A stretch of 64,000 nt of DNA, taken from the NCBI GenBank assembly GCA_963774755.1, contig CAVZGG010000011.1, positions 52,970-116,969 of the forward strand. The letters run 5' to 3'. The DNA is from an uncultured Thermoleophilaceae bacterium (GTDB lineage: Bacteria; Actinomycetota; Thermoleophilia; Solirubrobacterales; Thermoleophilaceae). Below, one piece after another: positions 27,029 to 37,690 of this stretch. The notes beneath the pieces were generated by a model. The model worked only from the letters and a program-made list of their open reading frames with translations, ran no database searches and was not told the DNA's origin. A program made the position numbers and the translations under genes. Within the stretch, counting starts at the first letter, position 1. Every line of letters begins with the position of its first letter.

Positions 27029-28115
27029 CGCTTCGGGGCTCGGCACGATCGTCGAGCGGATGGGGCTGAAGACCCTGGTCGAGTCCTGCCTCGTGCTTGA
27101 GGAGGGCGTCTCCTCGGCGAAGGACATCGAGATGGGGATGATGATGGGCGCCGGCATCCTGCCCGGACCGTTCACACGCGCCGACGACGCGGGCCTCGAC
27201 ACGATCCTGGAGCAGCTCGAAAACGCGCAGAGGGAGTGGGGCGACGCCTTCGAACCCCCTTCAGTGCTCAAGCGGCTCGTGGCACAGAACAGGCTGGGCA
27301 AGAAAACGGGCCAGGGCTTTTTCCCGTATCCGCAGCCTGACGCCGGCGAGCAGCGGGAGACAGTGCTGGTTGAGACACGCGGTGACATCGCAATCGCGTG
27401 GCTGAACCGTCCGCCGGCCAACCCGCTCTCGCCACAGGCCGTGATGGACCTGATCGACCTGTGGGAGTCGGTGGAGGGCAAGGTGCGGGCGCTCGTGATC
27501 GCCTCCTCGAACATCTTCACCTTCAGCGCGGGGGCCGACATCAAGGAGTTCACGAAGATGTCGCCCGACGCCGAGGGCGCCGACCTCGTGGAGTCCGCCC
27601 ACCGCTTCATGCGCGGGATGGAGCAGTCCTCGACGGTCACGATCGCCGCCGTGAACTCGATCGCCTTCGGAGGCGGCTGCGAGCTGGCGATGGCGTGCGA
27701 CTTCCGCATCGCGGCCGAGTCGGCCACCTTCGGCCAGCCGGAGATCAACCTCGGGATCATCCCGGGCTTCGGTGGCACCCAGCGGCTGCCGCGGCTCGTG
27801 GGCGAGCCGAAGGCGCTGGAGATGAACCTCACCGGCGACCCGATCGACGCCTACGAGGCGCACCGCGTCGGCCTCGCCAACCAGGTGGTGCCGGATCACG
27901 AGCTGTTCGACACCGCGCTGGCGTGGGCACGGAAGCTGTCCGAGCAGGCGCCGATCGCGGTGGAGGAGATCAAGAAGCGGTCGGCTCAGCCGGATCTGGA
28001 CGAGGGACTTCGCAGCGAGAGCGAGGGGTTCGCGCGCGCCTTCGGGTCCGAGGACGCGAAGGAGGGCATCTCCGCCTTCCTCACGAAGCGCCGGCCCCGG
28101 TTCAAGGGCCAGTGA
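27015..28115 (+). CDS. second 3HCDH_C domain plus an enoyl-CoA hydratase (crotonase) domain
   Basis: A crotonase fold follows an extra 3HCDH_C segment. GDIAIAWLNRPPANPLS...FSAGADIKEF...AVNSIAFGGGCELAMACDFRIAAESATFGQPEINLGIIPGFGGTQRL. Its ATG lies 14 nt upstream of the preceding stop. It could be a separate coupled gene, or one fused FadB-like gene split by an indel. Confidence 0.75.
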   Translation: MSTASASGLGTIVERMGLKTLVESCLVLEEGVSSAKDIEMGMMMGAGILPGPFTRADDAGLDTILEQLENAQREWGDAFEPPSVLKRLVAQNRLGKKTGQGFFPYPQPDAGEQRETVLVETRGDIAIAWLNRPPANPLSPQAVMDLIDLWESVEGKVRALVIASSNIFTFSAGADIKEFTKMSPDAEGADLVESAHRFMRGMEQSSTVTIAAVNSIAFGGGCELAMACDFRIAAESATFGQPEINLGIIPGFGGTQRLPRLVGEPKALEMNLTGDPIDAYEAHRVGLANQVVPDHELFDTALAWARKLSEQAPIAVEEIKKRSAQPDLDEGLRSESEGFARAFGSEDAKEGISAFLTKRRPRFKGQ

Positions 28116-28867
28116 GAGCCGTATCCACCGGTGCGGAGCAGGTCGCGAGCCTGCTCCGTGAGGCTGAGCGCGCGGTCGTGCTCACCGGTGCCGGCATCTC
28201 GGTGCCCTCCGGGATCCCGGACTTCCGGTCGCCCGGGACGGGTCTCTGGGAGAAGGTGGATCCGATGGAGGTCGCGCACATCGACGCATGGCGCCGTGAC
28301 CCGGATCGCTTCTGGAGCTTCTACGGCGAGCGCTTCGCCTCGCTCACCGACAAGCAGCCGAACGAGGCGCACCTCGCGCTCGCGGAGCTCGAGCGACGCG
28401 GCCTCGTGAGGGCGGTGATCACCCAGAACATCGACCGCCTGCACCGGCTCGCCGGCAGCGAGCGGCTCATCGAGGTGCACGGGTCGATCGACCAAAGCGT
28501 CTGCCTCGAGTGCGGCGGCAAGGTCTCGATCGACCGCGTTGTGGAGCTGCTCGCCTCGAGCGAGGGCGCACCGCTCTGCGAGGCCTGCGTGGCGCCGCTG
28601 AAGCCCGACGTGGTCCTCTTCGGCGAGCTGCTGCCCGAACAGGCGCTGGCCGAGGCCCAGCAGCTGGCGATGGACGCCGACCTGATGATCTGCGTGGGCT
28701 CCTCCCTCGAGGTCTACCCAGTGGCCGGCCTACCCGCGATCACCCACGGTGGCGGCGGCCGCCTGGTGCTCGTGACCCAGGGCCCGACGCCGTACGACGG
28801 CGACGCAGCCGTGAAGCTCGACGGCGACGTGGTGACCGAGCTGCGCGCCGTCCTCGCCGCGCTCTAG
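28112..28867 (+). CDS. cobB: NAD-dependent protein deacylase, Sir2 family
   Basis: GTG overlaps the previous stop (GTGA). LTGAGISVPSGIPDFRSPGTGLW; ITQNIDRLH; Zn-ribbon cysteines (CLECGG...CEAC). Confidence 0.85.
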   Translation: MRAVSTGAEQVASLLREAERAVVLTGAGISVPSGIPDFRSPGTGLWEKVDPMEVAHIDAWRRDPDRFWSFYGERFASLTDKQPNEAHLALAELERRGLVRAVITQNIDRLHRLAGSERLIEVHGSIDQSVCLECGGKVSIDRVVELLASSEGAPLCEACVAPLKPDVVLFGELLPEQALAEAQQLAMDADLMICVGSSLEVYPVAGLPAITHGGGGRLVLVTQGPTPYDGDAAVKLDGDVVTELRAVLAAL

Positions 28868-29277
28868 CCGCCCAAGCGGCGGCGCTTCAGGGCGCGTTCC
28901 ATCGCCGTGACGGCTTCCTCCAGCGCGGCCGCGTGCTGGCCCGGCACGGCGCCGCTCAGGGCCGCGTTGGCTGCTGCGGCGACGGCTTCGCGATGCGAGG
29001 CGAGCTCGTCCGAGCCAGAAGACGCCAGCAGAGCCTCGATCGCCACCCGGCACTGGAGCGCCGCCTCCGCGGGCCGCCCCGCATTCAGGTCGGCCCGCGC
29101 CCGCAGCACGAGCTCCTCGGCGGGGTGGATCTCCTCGCGACCGCCAATGAGGGCCGCGAAGCGCTCCTCCGGTGCCTCCATCGAGCGCTTTACGCGACGG
29201 CCCCCGCGCGGCAGCTCGATGGCCTCCCCGTAACGGCCGTCGGCTACCTCGTCACCGCTTCCGTAACCGATCCGCAC
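28864..29277 (-). CDS. hypothetical helical protein, possibly the 3' part of one gene split by a frameshift
   Basis: Ala/Arg-rich helical repeats. The adjoining ORF at 29252-29690 reads on in another frame. Confidence 0.3.
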   Translation of the reverse strand: MRIGYGSGDEVADGRYGEAIELPRGGRRVKRSMEAPEERFAALIGGREEIHPAEELVLRARADLNAGRPAEAALQCRVAIEALLASSGSDELASHREAVAAAANAALSGAVPGQHAAALEEAVTAMERALKRRRLGG

Positions 29278-29690
29278 TCACCAGGGCGCGCTCGCGGGAG
29301 ACCTCCGACACGTAGGGGTCGGCCGTGGCCGCGCGGTGGGCACGGAGGGCGCGGTTCAGGACCGTGATGGCGCTGTCGACCTCGGCGTCGCGGTCCAGCT
29401 CAGCCAGCCAGGCGGCGGGTGATGAGAGCGGGCTGGCCGAGACGATCGTGGCCCGGGCTGTGGGCACCGGCTCGGGCTCTGCGGACGCGACCGCGCGCGG
29501 CCGCCGGGCTCCGAGCCGGGCGCGCTGCGGCGCGCCGAGCGTGGACAGCACCAGCACGGACTCCACCAGTGCGTCGGCCGCGGGGCGAACGAGGTAGCGG
29601 CCGTCGGGCGGTCCGAGCAGGAAGCCGAACTCCAGCTGGACGAAGCCGAACGGGCCCTCGCGGTCGCCGGGCGCGGCCGTGGTCCTACTC
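29252..29690 (-). CDS. hypothetical protein, possibly the 5' part of the same gene
   Basis: Open from the TAG at about 29690. No clear start codon other than GTG at 29566. Weak call. Confidence 0.25.
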
Positions 29691-32137
29691 GCCCTGGTGG
29701 GCCTGGCTCGCGCGCTTGCTCTTCTTGGCGGGCAGCGAGTACTTCGACGGCTTGGTCGGCACGACCGGGTTGTCGATCTCGCGCAGGCGCGACATCAGGT
29801 CCGTCCACTGCTCGGGCGCCAGCACGGCGAGCGCCTGCTTGCCGAGCTTGCGGTTCGCGCCGAACATCGGCTGGAAGCCGAGGTGGATGTGGTCGTTGTG
29901 GTCGGCCATTGCGAAGGTCGCCCCGCCGATCTCGAGGAGGGAGATGATCTGCGCGGGCGCCATCGTTCCCTGCAGCTGCATCAGCCTGCGCACTGCCTGC
30001 TCGGTGATCCCGCCGGGCTCCTGGTGGCCGAGGATCGGGATGCCGTTCACCGTGGCGATGTCGACGGCGTTGCCCGAGGAGTGGTGCGAGACGTTGCCCG
30101 AGGAGGTGTAGAAGCCATGGCCGCACTTGAGCGAGGTCACGCCCGGCTTCAGGCCCGACTCGGCGAGGTAGGCAAGCGAGGCGAGGATGCGACGGTCGAT
30201 CTGGCCGGAGCGGATGTCGTCACGGCCGCACTCGTAGATCTCGATGCGCTCGTCGGAGAGGACGCGCTTCTCGAGCAGCGGCTTCGGCAGCAGCATGATC
30301 TGGCCGATCGACATGGCGCCGGCGTTGTCCTTGCCGTAGAGGACGTTGCGGCCGGAGGCGCGGTAGATCGCGGTGGCCTCGAGCAGCTTCCAGCCGTCGA
30401 GGATCGGCTTCGGGTCGATGCTCGGCGCGCCGCGGCCGGCCGGGCGGATCGAGAACTCCACGTGGGAGGCCCTGCCGGGGTCGACGCGGCCGATGCGGCC
30501 GACGATCGTCCCGCCGATCACGCGCGAGCCCTTCTTGAGCGGGCGCAGGCGAACCTTGCTCGGGTCGAGGCCGAAGGGCCGCGAGAAGTAGTTCTTGTAG
30601 GTCTCGTACTTGCCGCTCTTGCGGGCCTGGGCGTCGAGCTGCTGCTCGAGGCCGCCGGAATCACGCGCGCCCGGGACATCCGGATGCGCGAACAGGCGCT
30701 CCTTGACCGGGGCGGACGCCTGGGCGGCGGAGTCGGACACGTCGCCTCCGCGGTCGCGCTCGGCCTTCTTGTCCGACGCGTCGAGCTGCCGGCCGGCCGA
30801 GGCGGGCTCGTCGGGCTGCGGGTCGGCGTTGGCGCTCATTGCGCGAGCGGTGGTGCTCGGATCCGGGGCGGTGTCGTTCTTCGGAACCGGATAGAGGCGC
30901 GAGACCTCGCCGAGGTGGGCGTAGGTGTAGCGGTTCCCGTAGACGTCCTGGAGCACGACGTGGCGACCGAGCTTCTTGTTACGGCCGATCTTCTTGATCA
31001 CGCCGTCGTTCACGGCGACCACGGGCGAGCCCTTCTCGGCGAAGATGTCGATGCTGCGCCGGTTGTCATCCGACTCGATCACGTTGGCCGCGTTCTCGCC
31101 GCGCTTCACGCGCTTGAGGAGCTGCTGCTCGGCGAGGTCGTCCGCGTAGCGCGCCCGTGCAACAACGGGGAAGCGGCCCTCGGTCAGTCCGGTGAGGGAG
31201 CCGATCAGGTCGGCGGGCACGCCGGAGATCAGCCGCGCGCGAAGGAGAACCGAGTCCACGTACCAGTCCGCGTGGTTGTAGGCCCAGATCGCGGCGCGCA
31301 CGTCGTTCTCGTAGTTGGCCGCCTTGAGGTAGCGGGCCGCGGAGAAGATCGCGTCAACGGGGTTGAACGGATCCTTGCGGCCGTCCTTGTTCGCGTCCGT
31401 CCCGTACATCTTCCACGTGGCGGGCATGAACTGCATCCAGCCGAGGGCGCCGGCGGATGACACGTTCAGGTTGCGGCCGTAGTCCGTCTCGATCTCGTTG
31501 ATGGCCGCGAGGACCTCCCAGCGCACGCCGTACTCGATACCGGCGGCCTGGTAGATCGACAGGAGGAAGGGCGGCACGCGGAACTTGCGGATCATGAAGT
31601 TGGGGACGCCGGTGGCCGTGGAGGGGCCGGGCAGCACGTCGACGAAGCCGGGGTTGCCGGGCGTCGGAGTGCCGTCGGGATTGCGGAGGGGCGAGCGGCG
31701 GCCGCGACGCTTCGCGCGGGAGATCTCATCCTTAGCTCGACCCTCGACCTCACCGACGAGCTCGCGGGTGCCGTCGCTGTTCCGCTCGACCCTACGTCCG
31801 GAGTCCGAGCGCTCCTGCGGCGAGCCGCCGTCGGAGCTCGGCCCGTTGTCGTCCTGAGGGGCCGGCGCCGGCTTGTCCGTCTCGGGCGGCTTCGGGAGGT
31901 TCGGGGTGGTCGGCGTGGGGTCGGCGTGGTCGGCGCGGGCACCGGCGTGCCGGGCAGCTGGATGTCGTCGAGGGACGAGCCGGGCGGCACGTCCACCTGC
32001 ACGGGCACGACCGAGCCGTCGGCGAGCTGGACGTAGACCGTCTGCGTCTGCGCGGCGGCGGGGATGCTGAGCGCGGTGAGCGCGGCAACAGCAATCAGGC
32101 CCGCTGCAAGCAGGAGGGTAATTACCCGCGTCTTCAT
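29685..32137 (-). CDS. secreted multidomain cell-wall hydrolase (lytic transglycosylase SLT domain, M23/LytM peptidase domain and a C-terminal domain), frameshifted near 31925
   Basis: Signal peptide MKTRVITLLLAAGLIAVAALTALSIPAAAQ in one frame. After a 1-nt deletion in a C-run the protein continues. SLT motif AAGIEYGVRWEVLAAINEIETDYGRN...GALGWMQFMPATW. M23 motif VVAVNDGVIKKIG...GRHVVLQDVYGNRYTYAHLGEV. Confidence 0.75.
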
Positions 32138-32520
32138 CCTTGCTTTTCCAGGTCCTCCCTCGGAACGTCGCTGACGACCGCGCGTTGAGGCGCGCGGGTT
32201 TTCACCACCTGCTGCGGCCTGAACGCTACTTGAGGGCTTTGAGCTGTGCAACGGGGAACCGTGGGATTGGGACGGGGTATCCGCCCGGGGGCGGGTATGC
32301 GAGATCTCGTCGTTGTATCGACCGGCCCTGCCCATAACTTCAATACCGCCCTCCCGCGGACTGGACACCCTTCAAATGCCGCATGCATCGTCCAGGTGAG
32401 GCATATGTTCCTCGGGAGCGGCTATTCAAACGTGCATCAGGGTCAAGTCGAGGGTTAGGGTGGCCCTTTTGGACCCCTCTCCGGCGTCTCTCCTCAGACC
32501 GTGATGTACCCTGCGCCGCA

Positions 32521-32967
32521 ATGGCCGCCCCAGAGCAGGACGAGCGCTTCGTCGACCGCCTCTCCCGGCAGGGCGAGGAGGCCCTCGGCAAGATCGCCGA
32601 GGAGCTGATCTCGAATCCGGTCATAAATGGCGCGATAGCCCGCGCCTTCGAGGCGCGCGAGAAGGCCGTCCAGGCGCAGGAGGCAGCCATGGGTGCACTG
32701 AACCTACCGTCGGCCGCCGACATCGAGCGCGTCACTCGCCGGCTCAGGTCGGTGTCGCAGCGCCTCGAGGGGATCGAGGACGCGATCGACCGCCTCGACG
32801 AGCGCGTGGCCGGTCCCGCCGGTGCCTCCGGCGACCAGCGCCTGGCGAGAATCGAGGCCCGCCTCGACGAGATGAGTCGCGACCTCGCCGCGCTCTCCGC
32901 GCTGGTGGCTCCGGGCGAGGAGCCGATGCCGCGCGCGCAGGAGCGTCTCACCGTCACGGACTCCTGA
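32521..32967 (+). CDS. hypothetical coiled-coil protein
   Basis: ATG at 32521. Helical heptad-like segments (IERVTRRLRSVSQRLEGIEDAIDRLDERV...). No family recognised. Confidence 0.4.
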   Translation: MAAPEQDERFVDRLSRQGEEALGKIAEELISNPVINGAIARAFEAREKAVQAQEAAMGALNLPSAADIERVTRRLRSVSQRLEGIEDAIDRLDERVAGPAGASGDQRLARIEARLDEMSRDLAALSALVAPGEEPMPRAQERLTVTDS

Positions 32968-33664
32968 GCGCCGCGTAGCCGGCCTCGCCCACGCGCACGC
33001 CCAGCTCTTCCAGCTCTTCCGGGCTCAGTCGCCGCGAGCCGTTCGACGACGGCGCGTCAGACACCCCGAGCACGGCGGCTGCTGCTACGCCGCGGCGTGC
33101 GGCGATCTGCAGGATCGTGGCCGCCTCCATCTCCACGGCGAGCGCGCCCTGCTCGATCCATCCCGCCGCGGCTCCGTCGCGCGGGTCGTAGAAGAGGTCG
33201 CTCGTGGCGATCGTCGCGGGGCGGGCGCCGGCCGCCACCAGCGCCTCCAGCAGTTCCGGGTCGGGCGCGAGCGGAGCGTCGGCGCCGAGCGCCGCGCTGG
33301 TGCCGTCCACGGGGAGGACCGACGCGGCGGCGAGCAGCGTCCCGAGCTCGAGCTCCGGGTCAAGCGCGCCGCAGGTCCCGATCCGGACGAATCGGGTGGC
33401 GCCGAGAGCGATCAGCTCCTCGCAGACGATCGCCGCGCTCGGGCCGCCCATGCCGGTGGCCTGCACGGTGAGCGGCTCGCCATCGGGCGCGACCCCGGTG
33501 TAGCCCCATAGTCCACGCGCGTGGTTGAACATCTTCGGCGGCGTCTCGAGCAGCGCCTGGGCCACCGCGAGCGCTCTCCCCGGATCGCCCGGCAGCAGGA
33601 CCCGCTCGGCCAGCTCGGCGGTCGGCCGAATGTGGTTCGCGCGGACTTCGTGCTGGAGCGACAA
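32954..33664 (-). CDS. nucleoside phosphorylase of the PNP/UDP family (DeoD-like)
   Basis: HIRPTAELAERVLLPGDPGRA; GMGGPSAAIVCEELIALGATRFVRIGTCGAL; AVEMEAATI. TTG start inferred. Confidence 0.7.
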   Translation of the reverse strand: MSLQHEVRANHIRPTAELAERVLLPGDPGRALAVAQALLETPPKMFNHARGLWGYTGVAPDGEPLTVQATGMGGPSAAIVCEELIALGATRFVRIGTCGALDPELELGTLLAAASVLPVDGTSAALGADAPLAPDPELLEALVAAGARPATIATSDLFYDPRDGAAAGWIEQGALAVEMEAATILQIAARRGVAAAAVLGVSDAPSSNGSRRLSPEELEELGVRVGEAGYAALRSP

Positions 33665-33702
33665 GGGCGGCGCACGATAGTGAGCATGGTTACAGCGCCC
33701 GG

Positions 33703-34167
33703 ATGGCGCCGCTCTCATCACAGGCGCGGGCAGGATGCCCGCGCTGGGTAACCTCCCCCGCAGTGGCCAAGTCTCCGACAAACCTCCGCGACGCCGTCGA
33801 GAAGACGGTCGAGGCCACGCTCGGCTCGGCCGGGCGCAGCCGCTCGGCGGCTCAGGGCGCGCTCGACGACCTCGTGGAGTCGGTCGAGGACCTTCGCAAG
33901 GGCGCCGAGGAGCGCCTTTCGCGCGGGCGGCGCTCCGTGGCCGATGTGATCGAGGGCCGGCGCCCCGCCACCTCCGACGACATGAAGGAGCTGAAGGCGG
34001 AGCTGCGTGCGATCGGCCGCCGTCTCGACGCGCTCGAGGAGCGGCTGCCGGCCAAGCGGGCCGCCTCCAAGACGCGCGCGCGCGCGAAGGCGCCCGCGAA
34101 GTCGTCCTCCAAGCGCGCGAAGTCGTCCGCCAAACGCCCGAAGTCGTCCTCCAAGCGCACCTCGTAG
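33703..34167 (+). CDS. hypothetical coiled-coil protein with a Lys/Ser-rich basic tail
   Basis: DDLVESVEDLRKGAEERL...MKELKAELRAIGRRLDALEERL resembles the protein at 32521-32967. The C-terminus reads KSSSKRAKSSAKRPKSSSKRTS. Confidence 0.35.
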   Translation: MAPLSSQARAGCPRWVTSPAVAKSPTNLRDAVEKTVEATLGSAGRSRSAAQGALDDLVESVEDLRKGAEERLSRGRRSVADVIEGRRPATSDDMKELKAELRAIGRRLDALEERLPAKRAASKTRARAKAPAKSSSKRAKSSAKRPKSSSKRTS

Positions 34168-35126
34168 TGGCCGGCCGCCGGGTGCTGATCACCGGCGTGG
34201 GCAGCCACGTGGGCAGCCTCCTCGCCGCGCAGCTCGAGCGCGATCCCGACGTGGAGTACGTGGCCGGGCTCGACACACGGCCTCCCAAGGTCCCGCTCGA
34301 GCAGACCGACTTCATCGACGCCGACATCCGCGATCCGGAGATCGGCCGGCTGATCCCGCCCACCGGAGTGGACACGATCGTGCACGAGCAGATCGTCCGC
34401 CAGCCCGGACCGGGGATGTCGCCGCGCGCCATGCACGACATCAACGTGATTGGAACGCTCCAGCTGCTCGCGGCGTGCGAGCGCGTGCCCACCCTCCGCA
34501 CGATCGTCGTGCGCGGGTCGGCCGGCGTGTACGGCGCCGAGCCGCAGGCGCCCCAGTTCTTCAAGGAGGAGATGGCGCGCCTGTTCCCGCTGAGGACGCG
34601 CTTTCAGCGCGACGTGGCCGAGATCGAGAACTACTTCGACACCTACTCGCGCAGGCACGAGGGCGTGGACTGCACGATGCTCCGCTACCAGCCGGCGATC
34701 GGCCCGGGCATGCGCACGCAGATCACGCGCTACCTCTCTCAGCCGGTGTGCCCGACCTTCATGGGCTTCGACCCGCGCATCCAGCTCGTTCACATCGACG
34801 ACGCGCTCGAGGCGATCGTCGCCGCGGTGCGCAACCCGGTGGGTGGTGCCGTGAACGTCGCGGCACCCGGAACGATCGGCCTCGCCCGGATGATCCGGCT
34901 GGCGGGGAAGCGCGCGCTGCCGATAGCCGCACCCCTGTTCGGAGCGGTCACCTCCACCGGCCAGCGGCTCGGCCTCGACACCCAATCCGAGGACTTCGAG
35001 CGGCTGCTCCGCTACGGACGCGGCGTCGACACGCGCAGGCTCACCGACGAGGTCGGGTACACGCCACGCCACTCCACGGTGCACGCGGTGGAGAGCTGGG
35101 CGGGACAGGCGACGGCGGCCGCATGA
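34167..35126 (+). CDS. NAD-dependent epimerase/dehydratase family protein
   Basis: GTG overlaps the previous stop. RVLITGVGSHVGSLLAAQL Rossmann motif. Extended SDR fold. Confidence 0.8.
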   Translation: MAGRRVLITGVGSHVGSLLAAQLERDPDVEYVAGLDTRPPKVPLEQTDFIDADIRDPEIGRLIPPTGVDTIVHEQIVRQPGPGMSPRAMHDINVIGTLQLLAACERVPTLRTIVVRGSAGVYGAEPQAPQFFKEEMARLFPLRTRFQRDVAEIENYFDTYSRRHEGVDCTMLRYQPAIGPGMRTQITRYLSQPVCPTFMGFDPRIQLVHIDDALEAIVAAVRNPVGGAVNVAAPGTIGLARMIRLAGKRALPIAAPLFGAVTSTGQRLGLDTQSEDFERLLRYGRGVDTRRLTDEVGYTPRHSTVHAVESWAGQATAAA

Positions 35127-36053
35127 ACCAGGGCACCGCCATCTCATTCATGCGCCGGCTCCGGGCCGGGCTCGACTCCGGGCTCGAGCTTCCCGAGGCG
35201 ATCACCAAGGGCGCCGCGGCGCTCCCGCGCGACGCGCGCGAGACCGTGGAGCGGATCCTCGACCGGATGGACGGCGACTACTCGGAGGACGAGTGGGGCT
35301 TCGACGAGGACTTCGCCGAGCTGGTCGAGCCGTTCTTCGCCTTCCTGTACGAGTCGTGGTGGAGGGTGAAGGTCGAGGGCGCCGAGCGCGTGCCCGCGCA
35401 CGGGCGCGTGCTGCTCACCTCCAACCACGCCGGCATCCTCCCCTGGGACGCCACGATGATCTCGATGGCCCTCCTGCGCGAGCACCCGCTGCCGCGCCAC
35501 CCGCGCTTCCTCGTGCTCGACTGGGCGTTCGACCTGCCGTGGATCTCCGCGGGGATTCGCAAGGTCGGAGGCGTGGTGGCGTCGCCGTTCAACGCGCTGC
35601 GCCTGCTCGAGCAGGACCAGCTGGTGGCGGTCTTCCCCGAGGGCGTGAAGGGCACGGGCAAGCCGTTCTCGGAGCGCTACCGCCTCCAGCGCTTCGGCCG
35701 CGGCGGCTTCGTGGAGATCGCGCTGCGCACCGGCGCGCCGATCGTGCCGGTGGCGGTCGTGGGCAGCGAGGAGATCTACCCGAAGCTCGGCGACATCCCG
35801 CCGCTGGCGCGCATGCTGGGCGCGCCCTTCTTCCCGCTCACGCCGACGTTCCCCTGGCTCGGCCCGCTCGGAGTGGTACCCGCTTCCGTCGAAGTGGCGC
35901 ATCGAGTTTCTCGAGCCGATCGAGACCGCGTCCTACGGGCCCGAGGCCGCCGAGGACCGGGCGCTGGTGCTCGAGCTATCCGAGCGCGTGCGCGGCGAGA
36001 TTCAGCAGGCTCTGTACGCAAACCTCGTACGCAGGGGTCCAGCCTTCATCTAA
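35123..36053 (+). CDS. lysophospholipid (1-acyl-sn-glycerol-3-phosphate) acyltransferase, PlsC family, frameshifted near 35880
   Basis: ATGA overlap with the epimerase gene. H(X)4D motif TSNHAGILPWD. FPEGVKGTGK. An extra C in gtaccc-gcttccg breaks the frame. The restored tail reads LPSKWRIEFLEPIETASYGPEAAEDRALVLELSERVRGEIQQALYANLVRRGPAFI. Confidence 0.75.
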
Positions 36054-36082
36054 TAGGCCAAATCGGCCGATATTTAGAGGAG

Positions 36083-37684
36083 ATGCAAAAACTTGCCGTC
36101 CTGCTAGCGGCGCTGGCTCTACTACTCCTGCCCGGATCGGCTCTCGCCGCGCCCGGTGACCCCTGGGTCGCCTACGTCGCAAACTCGGTCGTCACGAAGC
36201 AGTCCGCGGCCTCGCCGGTGATCCTCAGGGCGAACCCGGCGACCGGGGCGCTCACCGAGATCTCGCGCAACGGGGCGCAGGGTGACCTGTTCCGGCATCC
36301 GTACGACATCGTGGTCGCCGCCGACGGCAGTCTGCTCGTGGCCGACATGGGCGCGTACGCCACGCCCTCCGCCCGGACACCCGACGGGCGCATCATCCGG
36401 GTGGACCCCGTGACGGGCCAGCAGTCGCTCGTGACCTCGGGCAACCTGCTCGTGGATCCGGCCGGCCTCGCGATCGCCCCTGGCGGGCTCATCTACGTGA
36501 TCGAGAACGTGGGGACGCTCGGACAGCCGGGCGTGGTGAGCGTGGACCCGGCGACCGGCGCGCAGACGCTCGTGACCCAGGGCGGGCAGCTCTGCTACCC
36601 GTTCGGCATCGCCGTGCATCCGAACGGCTCGCTGCTGGTGACCGACTACGGCGACTTCAGCGACGGCACGACCGTCATCAACTGCGCGCACGACTTCGGC
36701 GCGCTCGTGAAGGTGGACCCGGTCACGAAGGGCCAGTCGATTCTGTCGCGCAACGCGGCACAGTGGGGCAACCTGCTGCGCAACCCGCTTGGAGTGACGG
36801 TCGAGCCGGGCGGGCGCATCCTGCTCGTGAACCAGAACGGCGGCACCGCGCTCGTGGCCGTGAACCCGGAGACGGGTGTGCAGGACGCGGAGACCACGAA
36901 CACCGGGACCGACCGGGTGGTCCTCCCTCAGCGGCCGGCGCTCACGCCCGACGGCGACGTGGTCGTGAGCGACTTCACGCTCGACGACATGGAGGGCGGG
37001 CTCGTGTCGGTGGACCTGCCGGACGGGGGACAGAGCATCCTGCGCCAGGACCGCCAGCTCTTCAACAACCCGCTGGGCGTGGCCGTGGTGTCGAACCACG
37101 CGCCCGTCGCGGCGCTGTCGGTGTCGCCCCCCAGGGTCGCCGGCGGCCGCCAGGTGACCTTCGACGCGTCGGGCTCGCGCGACCCCGAGGGGCTCCAGCT
37201 CCGCTACGCCTGGGACCTCGACGGCAACGGCAGCTTCGAGACGGACGGCGGCACGAGCCCGAGCATCACCCACACCTACGTCGGCACGACCACCTTCACC
37301 CCGCGCGTGCGCGCGAGCGATCCGCACGGCGCCTCCGGCGTGGCCGGCGCGGCGCTCAGCGTCGACTCCATTCGCCCGGTGATCAGCGGACTGAAGGTCC
37401 GCGGATCGACGATCACCTACCGGCTGTCCGAGGCCGCGCGCGTGACGATCCAGCTACAGCAGAAGAAGGGCAGGCGCTGGCGCACGATCAGGGTGCTGCG
37501 CCAGAACGGTGTGGCAGGGAGGAACCGCCTGACGGCCCAGAGCCGCGCGCGCGCAGCAAAGCGCCCGCGCCGCGTCCGCTACCGCGCCGAGGCCTTCGCG
37601 GTCGACGCCGTCGGAAACCGCTCGCGGCCCACTCGGCTGCGCCTGTCGGCAAGGGCCGCCAAGAACCTGCGCAGGCGGCGGTAA
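36083..37684 (+). CDS. secreted beta-propeller (NHL-like repeat) protein with a PKD domain
   Basis: RBS agaggag. Signal peptide MQKLAVLLAALALLLLPGSALA. Repeats of the form LxxPxGIAVxPxGxLLVxD. PKD signature RYAWDLDGNGSFETDGG. Confidence 0.6.
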   Translation: MQKLAVLLAALALLLLPGSALAAPGDPWVAYVANSVVTKQSAASPVILRANPATGALTEISRNGAQGDLFRHPYDIVVAADGSLLVADMGAYATPSARTPDGRIIRVDPVTGQQSLVTSGNLLVDPAGLAIAPGGLIYVIENVGTLGQPGVVSVDPATGAQTLVTQGGQLCYPFGIAVHPNGSLLVTDYGDFSDGTTVINCAHDFGALVKVDPVTKGQSILSRNAAQWGNLLRNPLGVTVEPGGRILLVNQNGGTALVAVNPETGVQDAETTNTGTDRVVLPQRPALTPDGDVVVSDFTLDDMEGGLVSVDLPDGGQSILRQDRQLFNNPLGVAVVSNHAPVAALSVSPPRVAGGRQVTFDASGSRDPEGLQLRYAWDLDGNGSFETDGGTSPSITHTYVGTTTFTPRVRASDPHGASGVAGAALSVDSIRPVISGLKVRGSTITYRLSEAARVTIQLQQKKGRRWRTIRVLRQNGVAGRNRLTAQSRARAAKRPRRVRYRAEAFAVDAVGNRSRPTRLRLSARAAKNLRRRR

Positions 37685-37690
37685 CGTGAG

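Noticed and set aside
26156-28115. Merging the 3-hydroxyacyl-CoA dehydrogenase ORF and the 3HCDH_C plus crotonase ORF into one frameshifted FadB-like gene.
   Set aside because: The second ORF has its own ATG, preceded by an aagggg RBS and overlapping the first stop. This pattern recurs throughout the window. I kept two coupled genes and flagged the alternative.
28510-29367. A plus-strand 285-aa ORF across the cobB 3' region.
   Set aside because: It is antisense to the better-supported minus-strand ORFs and has low-complexity Arg/Gly-rich content. It is an artefact.
32138-32520. A possible ydaO (c-di-AMP) riboswitch in the leader of the cell-wall hydrolase.
   Set aside because: I reverse-complemented the leader and could not find the conserved GAAUCC-type ydaO segments by eye. 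It stays a hypothesis that needs a covariance-model scan.
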